From positions 1 through 11,818 of the forward strand of contig JBIKLL010000081.1 of assembly GCA_044359815.1 (NCBI GenBank): 11,818 bases of DNA. The letters are read 5' to 3'. Of this stretch, positions 7,218 through 11,818 are shown in pieces; the first letter of the stretch is position 1, and the number at the start of each line of letters is the position of its first letter. A program made the translations under genes and the position numbers. Under the pieces are notes generated by a model that saw nothing but the letters and a program-made list of their open reading frames with translations, was not told the origin of the DNA and did not search any database. The stretch is from Pseudobdellovibrionaceae bacterium (GTDB taxonomy: Bacteria; Bdellovibrionota; Bdellovibrionia; Bdellovibrionales; Bdellovibrionaceae).

Positions 7218-8213
7218 TCAAAGTGGAATTGTCATGGTTTTGCCAGATTTGTAATCCACAGGTAAGCGCTCTAGATACCCACCTAATTTCAGATCTTCGG
7301 CATTCTTGGGATAAAGACCTTTTTGCGCAAAATATTCCTCGGTTGCTAATTTAAGCAACATTTCCCCCATGCGATTCATTTCGTCTTTCATGATCTCGAT
7401 ATCTTTGGTGGACCACATCTGAGTCAAAAAATCATAGTCTTTGTCTGGGATATTTTGTTTTTCTTTGCTCAACAATTCGGCGGCGGTTTTATAGGGGTTT
7501 TGCTGAAGCTTGATTGCCAATTTTTCAGCGACCTGCATGGATTTTAGTTTTAAAAATCTTTTTGATTCAAACAGAACAACCCTATCAACTGGCCATGGCA
7601 ACCGCAGGTTGGATAGCCATGCCTTTAGATCTTTGTTTTTTGAAATTTCACTCTTGAACTGAGTTCTGATTAAATCAATTTCATCAAACAACAGGGATCT
7701 GATCAAACTGGCTACACGCAGTCCGACCAATGAGGATTCCTCATAGACTAAATTGGCTGAATACTGCGACCAAGGATTCAATTCTAAAATCACCTTATGC
7801 CATTCTTTTTTGTTTGCAAAATTTCTGACCATGATTGCGCTCAATTGAACCAGATGGATCAGCTCGGACAAATGCTTTTCGTTTTCTATTTCGCCTCGGA
7901 TGTACTGCACTTGATTGACCGAATCCGTTTTAAATATCTGCAAAACTGTCAGATTGTTTTTTATTGCATTTAAATCCTGTTCACTGACTTTTTCTGTCTT
8001 TGTTTTTTGATAGATTTTTGAAATTTCTTGAACGGCTGCTGGGTTCTGGTGGTATTTTGACAAAGAAACTTTTTGTTGCACGGTGATCCCACCAGCAAAG
8101 GCTTGGTTGCCCAAATAAAACGCATTGAACTGAAGCCAAACAGTGAAAAAGATAGTCATCACCCTTTTAATATTACTTGAATGCAGGAAACTTGCGCAAA
8201 TTATACGACGCAT
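7218..8213 (-). CDS. Hypothetical exported, mostly helical protein with a GspG/pseudopilin-like C-terminal motif
   Basis: Long ORF co-oriented with tmk. Signal-like segment ends in QAFA. C-terminus LATEEYFAQKGLYPKNAEDLKLGGYLERLPVDYKSG resembles the Y-x4-G-x-YP-x4-DL-x4-YL-x2-LP-x-D motif of GspG-like domains. Start is uncertain (8213, or 8162/8159). Confidence 0.7.
   Translation of the reverse strand: MRRIICASFLHSSNIKRVMTIFFTVWLQFNAFYLGNQAFAGGITVQQKVSLSKYHQNPAAVQEISKIYQKTKTEKVSEQDLNAIKNNLTVLQIFKTDSVNQVQYIRGEIENEKHLSELIHLVQLSAIMVRNFANKKEWHKVILELNPWSQYSANLVYEESSLVGLRVASLIRSLLFDEIDLIRTQFKSEISKNKDLKAWLSNLRLPWPVDRVVLFESKRFLKLKSMQVAEKLAIKLQQNPYKTAAELLSKEKQNIPDKDYDFLTQMWSTKDIEIMKDEMNRMGEMLLKLATEEYFAQKGLYPKNAEDLKLGGYLERLPVDYKSGKTMTIPL
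8200..8205 (-). promoter_or_regulatory. Perfect -10 hexamer (TATAAT), candidate promoter for the hypothetical-tmk-holB-tatD unit
   Basis: Plus-strand ATTATA at 8200-8205 reads TATAAT on the minus strand, in the divergent region. No convincing -35 or extended -10. If used, it favours the 8159/8162 start. Confidence 0.3.
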
Positions 8214-8269
8214 TAATAGCTGTTCTGGACTCTACGTAAGGGATTTAATATACGGATGAATCTGACTTT

Positions 8270-8274
8270 AGGAG
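8270..8274 (+). promoter_or_regulatory. Shine-Dalgarno site of secG (AGGAG)
   Basis: TTTAGGAGAGTAAATG places AGGAG 5 nt before ATG 8280. Confidence 0.8.
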
Positions 8275-8279
8275 AGTAA

Positions 8280-8606
8280 ATGGAAACCTTTGTTACCGTC
8301 GTGCACATTATCGTAGCCTTAGTTTTGATTTCGTTAGTCTTGTTGCAAGACTCAAAAGGTGGAGCCGGCGGAGCTTTTGGTGGAGGCAGTTCTCAATCTA
8401 TCTTGGGCGCTACTGGCGGAACGACGTTGGCCCAACAATTGACACGATGGGCGGCTGTGGCCTTTGCCGGAACATGCATTTCGCTTTCAATGTTTGCTAC
8501 AAAATCCAGTAAGAGCGTTATCGACGGGGCAATAATTCCGCAGGCCGCTCCGATTGAATCCAGCGCCACGCCTGAGTCCACCAGCACCACTGTACCCACT
8601 AAGTAA
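8280..8606 (+). CDS. secG: Preprotein translocase subunit SecG
   Basis: TM1 VHIIVALVLISLVLLQ, followed by the signature LLQDSKGGAGGAFGGGSSQSILGATG, then TM2 (LTRWAAVAFAGTCISLSMF) and an S/T/P-rich tail. Strong SD. Confidence 0.95.
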   Translation: METFVTVVHIIVALVLISLVLLQDSKGGAGGAFGGGSSQSILGATGGTTLAQQLTRWAAVAFAGTCISLSMFATKSSKSVIDGAIIPQAAPIESSATPESTSTTVPTK

Positions 8607-8608
8607 TA

Positions 8609-9385
8609 ATGAACAGGGAGACCAAGGCTTTTATTATTTTACTGGCCCTGGGTCTGTTTTTTATAATTTTAGCGACCTCATTAAAAAATATTTTTAAAAA
8701 TTCAGGAAGCACTAATCCAATAGGTACCATTTATTCGGACTTAGACAATGTCACAGTCTATCGCAAGGGCTACACCAAAAAACAAACTGCCAACCCCAGT
8801 TTACCAGTTTATGACTTTGACACCATCGAAACTGCTGAAAACGGCACTGGCCGCCTGGTATTGGACAATGGACATTCGGTAAAAATCCTATCCAAGAGTT
8901 TGATTTTTGTAGGGGTCAAAATCACTGATGGCTCACTGCAAGTGATTTTACAAATCAAAGAAGGTCAACTGGAAATTGAGCAACTGGGTAAACCCAAGGA
9001 ACTGTGGATAGAAAAAAACTCGGAAAGAGTTTCGGCTGAACAATACAAAGATTCTGATTTATCAAAACAGCCTGTCAAAGAAGAATCCGAGTCAAAATCA
9101 GCGACCTTGTCCGAGGACGAAATTTTTAAAGTTGTAAACCAATCTAAGAATTTGTTTTTTAAATGCTACACTCAGCTACTCACCCGATCACCATTATCAA
9201 AGGGATCCGTGCAGTTGAGCTTTATGATTGAAGCCAAAGGAAAAATCACGCAGTCAAAAATTCAATCCAGTTTTACTGACGACGAACAATTTGCAGATTG
9301 CCTAACAGAAGTTCTGCGCAGGATTCAGTTTAAGAACTTTGAAGGCGACCCGATCAATGCGGTCTTTCCGTTAAAATTTGAATAA
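8609..9385 (+). CDS. Membrane-anchored protein with a FecR-like beta domain and an AgmX/PglI-type (TonB-C-like) C-terminal domain
   Basis: N-terminal TM (AFIILLALGLFFIILA). The segment VTVYRKG...VYDFDTIETAENGTGRLVLDNGHSVKILSKSLI resembles FecR-domain proteins. The C-terminal ~90 aa (LSEDEIFKVV...FKCY...KGSVQLSFMIEAKGKI...FADCLTEVLRRIQF...VFPLKFE) has the two-Cys AgmX/PglI tail pattern. Starts 2 nt after the secG stop. Confidence 0.75.
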   Translation: MNRETKAFIILLALGLFFIILATSLKNIFKNSGSTNPIGTIYSDLDNVTVYRKGYTKKQTANPSLPVYDFDTIETAENGTGRLVLDNGHSVKILSKSLIFVGVKITDGSLQVILQIKEGQLEIEQLGKPKELWIEKNSERVSAEQYKDSDLSKQPVKEESESKSATLSEDEIFKVVNQSKNLFFKCYTQLLTRSPLSKGSVQLSFMIEAKGKITQSKIQSSFTDDEQFADCLTEVLRRIQFKNFEGDPINAVFPLKFE

Positions 9386-9390
9386 GCATT

Positions 9391-10467
9391 TCATCTGTAA
9401 TCGTGAATGTAATCGATGCGATCTTGCACCCAAGGTTCAAATTGACCTTCCAATTGAAAAACAATGCCTCGCTCAACCAGGCTTTCCTTCAGAGGAACTA
9501 TCGTTGGCTTAAAGTCTTTATCAAATAAATGTTTTTCTTTGAAATAACTGATGATTTTTTCTGCGGCTGTTTCACCCAGAGCATGTCTGCGAATCAGATC
9601 GTCAAAGGATCTGACTAATTCTTCTGGAGTGAAATCATAATTGATTACCATATCCTGGGCCACGCTCATGGTTCCTTCCATGCTGAGTCTATTGCTCTGA
9701 AACAAATCACAGGCAACTTGAAAGGTATTGTATGTTGGCAAAGTCCTGCGCCCAAATTTTAAATAATAATCAGGATCAGTATCCACAGCTAAATTAATAT
9801 AAATTTTCTCTACCGGATCATTTTCAGGAATCTTGGATTGTAAACTTAAGATCGTATCTGTCTGTTCGGCGGTGACGCTGTAATGTTTCAAAATATTGCG
9901 TAAATCCTGAGGCCCCAAACGCCGGGAACAAATATCAGAATATAAATTGTAAATTATGGCGTCGGATTCACTGTCATCGCCCCAAAAAATCTGTTTAACT
10001 TCGGGGCTTAATTTTGATCTTAACTGCAAAAGCGCTTGAACCTTGTAGCCTACTTGCTTGGTCAATCGCCAAAATCGAGCAGGTGTTAAATTTCTGAGAT
10101 TGTCTTTGTAAAAACAGCCGAAAGGTTTGATTTCATCCACCGAAAATTTCTCGGCAATCCGTTCCTCCATCTGAGGAGGAGACGCCGAAATAAAATACAG
10201 TGGCAATCGGCTTTGGCCTTTTTTATCAGTCCAATCGCGATTCAAAGCCTGCAGCAGTTTACCAGTACCAGGAACGTTCTTTTTATTGAATCCTCTTTCT
10301 AAAGCAGCCGACAACAATCCTGCCAAACTGTCAATCGAAGTGTCCAGATAGGTTTTATCCAAATCCCAAACAAAAACTTCTTCGGCATTTTGCTCAAGAC
10401 CTGGGGTCACGTATCTAAAAAATACGACATCATCATTGATTTGACATCTGAGTTTCCAATCATCCAT
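9391..10467 (-). CDS. HAD-superfamily phosphatase, App1/LNS2 (phosphatidate phosphatase)-like (358 aa)
   Basis: Motif I VFVWDLDKT (DxDxT), motif II YFISASP, candidate motif III Lys (GYKV), motif IV FWGDDSESD. No signal peptide. The substrate cannot be determined from sequence. Confidence 0.75.
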   Translation of the reverse strand: MDDWKLRCQINDDVVFFRYVTPGLEQNAEEVFVWDLDKTYLDTSIDSLAGLLSAALERGFNKKNVPGTGKLLQALNRDWTDKKGQSRLPLYFISASPPQMEERIAEKFSVDEIKPFGCFYKDNLRNLTPARFWRLTKQVGYKVQALLQLRSKLSPEVKQIFWGDDSESDAIIYNLYSDICSRRLGPQDLRNILKHYSVTAEQTDTILSLQSKIPENDPVEKIYINLAVDTDPDYYLKFGRRTLPTYNTFQVACDLFQSNRLSMEGTMSVAQDMVINYDFTPEELVRSFDDLIRRHALGETAAEKIISYFKEKHLFDKDFKPTIVPLKESLVERGIVFQLEGQFEPWVQDRIDYIHDYR

Positions 10468-10548
10468 AAAATCATTTTGACTGACTTTGATTTTAATTTC
10501 TAGTTAATTGTTGCTCTTAAAAGATGCACTGTGTACTGTCCCCAAATT

Positions 10549-11373
10549 ATGACTGAACTTGATAAAAATCTTGTGCCACAATTGGTACCTTCAAAAACAT
10601 GCAAAAAAGACCTTTGCTTTATCAGCAAAGCTGTGTGGCCAGTGCAACTGCCATCAGTTGCTGTGAATGGCTTTTTAATTTCGGGCTTTGAAAACCACTG
10701 GGCCTTTAACTATCAAACTGATTCCATGACATCGAAAATTCTGTCGGATGTTTTCAAAAGCTTTCATCCTTTTTTAGGCTATCTGGAATTAGCTCAACTG
10801 TGCGTGCCGTGGAATAAAACTTTTGGCTTTCCATTTGCCGAATTAGCTCAAGCATATGGATTTAAGTGGACTCAAAATGATGACAATATGTCAGTTTATT
10901 TTTCAGAATTTTCTGTAACTGAAAAACAATGGCTTATTGAAAAAGGGATCTCAAAAAGTGAATTAAGTTTATTGTGGGAAATGGGCTCCACAGCGAAACA
11001 GATTTTAGCCTTCGCCATGGAACACAAAATTTCTAAATCTGAATTTGTTTGTGGTGCCGAGATTTGTTGCCATTTAAAAACTGACAAAGCTTTGCCTCAT
11101 AACGGAGACACCTATCAAAGTTGGATTAAGCGCATTTCGTTATTGAGATACCCTGTCACCATGAACATGGATAAATATTTTATGGACAAAATTAAATCAT
11201 TGCCTTGGCAAAAAAACACTACAGCAAAGTGGAGTCGTTCGGGTGACAAGTCTGGCTTAGAAATCAAATTTTTTGTTAGCCAACCCTCTGAGCTGAAAAA
11301 TCAAATTAATTCACTAACTAAAATTCAAGAAATACTCGAGGCCGATAATGAATGGAATATTTCCAAACACTGA
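10549..11373 (+). CDS. Hypothetical protein, possibly a degenerate ParB-like protein
   Basis: Open frame from GTG 10531 or ATG 10549 (ATG preferred) to TGA 11371-11373. LPSVAVNGFLISGFEN resembles a decayed ParB GxxR box; it also has LLRYP and a C-terminal GDKSGLEIKFFVSQPSELKNQINSL resembling a ParB dimerisation domain. The CDS is likely real; the ParB link is weak. Confidence 0.65.
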   Translation: MTELDKNLVPQLVPSKTCKKDLCFISKAVWPVQLPSVAVNGFLISGFENHWAFNYQTDSMTSKILSDVFKSFHPFLGYLELAQLCVPWNKTFGFPFAELAQAYGFKWTQNDDNMSVYFSEFSVTEKQWLIEKGISKSELSLLWEMGSTAKQILAFAMEHKISKSEFVCGAEICCHLKTDKALPHNGDTYQSWIKRISLLRYPVTMNMDKYFMDKIKSLPWQKNTTAKWSRSGDKSGLEIKFFVSQPSELKNQINSLTKIQEILEADNEWNISKH

Positions 11374-11818
11374 TTTTAAACAGGTGTTTGTTGAAGAATC
11401 TGCTTCGAAATCGGATGTATCGGAGCGGTTAAAAAAATACTTTGGCTCGGTCCAGATCATTGCTGATGACAGCTTGAACCACCAATCCTTGTCCTATGAT
11501 GATGGTAAAGAGATTTTACTACTGAAAAATCACAAGGGAGCTTTTTTTAAGCGTTGCCCAGGAGCCAGCCAAAAAAAATCATTGGCTTGTTGCAATTACT
11601 TTATTTTGAATCTGGGATCAGGATGCAATCTGAACTGCAGTTATTGTTATCTGCAGAGCTACCTGAAAAACCCAGTGACAACCATTTATGCAAACATCGA
11701 TCAAGCCATACAGGAACTGCAAGAAATGTCAGTTGCCAATGGTCATTTACCTTTTAGGGTTGGCACCGGGGAAATTGTGGACAGCCTGAGCCTAGACCCA
11801 TTGACTGGGTATTCGCAG
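11348..11818 (+). CDS. Spore photoproduct lyase (SplB)-like radical SAM protein; 5' portion only, runs off the window edge
   Basis: Not in the ORF track because there is no stop in the window. Manual translation from ATG 11348 (GAGG 11338-11341 upstream) gives 157 open codons: MNGIFPNTDFKQVFVEES...GKEILLLKNHKGAFFKRCPGASQKKSLACCNYFILNLGSGCNLNCSYCYLQSYLKNPVTTIYANIDQAIQEL...FRVGTGEIVDSLSLDPLTGYSQ. CxxxCxxC lies at 11624-11647 in the SplB-type context CxYCYLQ, with IYAN downstream. Overlaps the upstream gene by 26 nt. Confidence 0.88.
   Translation, partial: MNGIFPNTDFKQVFVEESASKSDVSERLKKYFGSVQIIADDSLNHQSLSYDDGKEILLLKNHKGAFFKRCPGASQKKSLACCNYFILNLGSGCNLNCSYCYLQSYLKNPVTTIYANIDQAIQELQEMSVANGHLPFRVGTGEIVDSLSLDPLTGYSQ

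Noticed and set aside
8607..8700. tRNA-Leu, which often follows secG
   Set aside because: The next CDS begins 2 nt after secG, and no cloverleaf or T-loop (GTTCGA) pattern is present.
9386..9390. Intrinsic terminator between the convergent AgmX-tail and phosphatase genes
   Set aside because: The gap is only 5 nt and there is no GC-rich hairpin with a U-tract. I found no convincing intrinsic terminator anywhere in the window.
10526..10546. Possible LexA/SOS box (CTGT...) upstream of the putative DNA-repair unit
   Set aside because: CTGTGTACTGTCCCCA lacks the ACAG half-site of the E. coli-type box, and the LexA motif of this lineage cannot be assumed.
10786..10851. 12-bp direct repeat GAATTAGCTCAA (10786-10797 and 10840-10851)
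   Set aside because: Only two copies, in frame within a CDS (both encode ELAQ). This is not CRISPR-like; at most it is a small ancient duplication or chance.
11571..11578. A8 homopolymer in the SplB-like gene (similar T8 in tatD at 5069-5076) as phase-variation tracts
   Set aside because: A/T runs of 7-8 nt are common throughout this AT-rich window and the reading frames are intact.
11554..11757. 67-aa ORF listed in the ORF track
   Set aside because: It is out of frame within the SplB-like radical SAM CDS starting at 11348, which carries the CxxxCxxC motif.

Overview
AT-rich bacterial chromosomal window made up mostly of core genes. The gene content (AgmX/PglI-tail membrane protein, SplB-like radical SAM enzyme, App1/LNS2-like HAD phosphatase) suggests Bdellovibrionota or another deltaproteobacteria-like lineage, but this is inference. 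A minus-strand block (8213->632) encodes an exported hypothetical protein, tmk-holB-tatD, and the translationally coupled gap-pgk-tpiA operon, which ends in an OmpP1/FadL-like outer-membrane beta-barrel. Divergent from it are secG and a FecR-like/AgmX-PglI-tail membrane protein, followed by a convergent HAD phosphatase. The window ends with a two-gene plus-strand unit: a possibly degenerate ParB-like protein overlapping a spore-photoproduct-lyase-like radical SAM gene (11348 to the window edge, missing from the supplied ORF track). I found no RNA genes, mobile elements or CRISPR arrays. The best leads are the ParB-like/SplB-like pair, in which the SplB-like protein appears to lack the catalytic Cys141 and has extra cysteines; a GAPDH with Asp32->Thr and Leu187->Ala (possible NADP use); the FadL-like barrel coupled to tpiA; and a possible inversion that separated tpiA from secG. 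All family calls come from motif recognition by eye; no searches were run.
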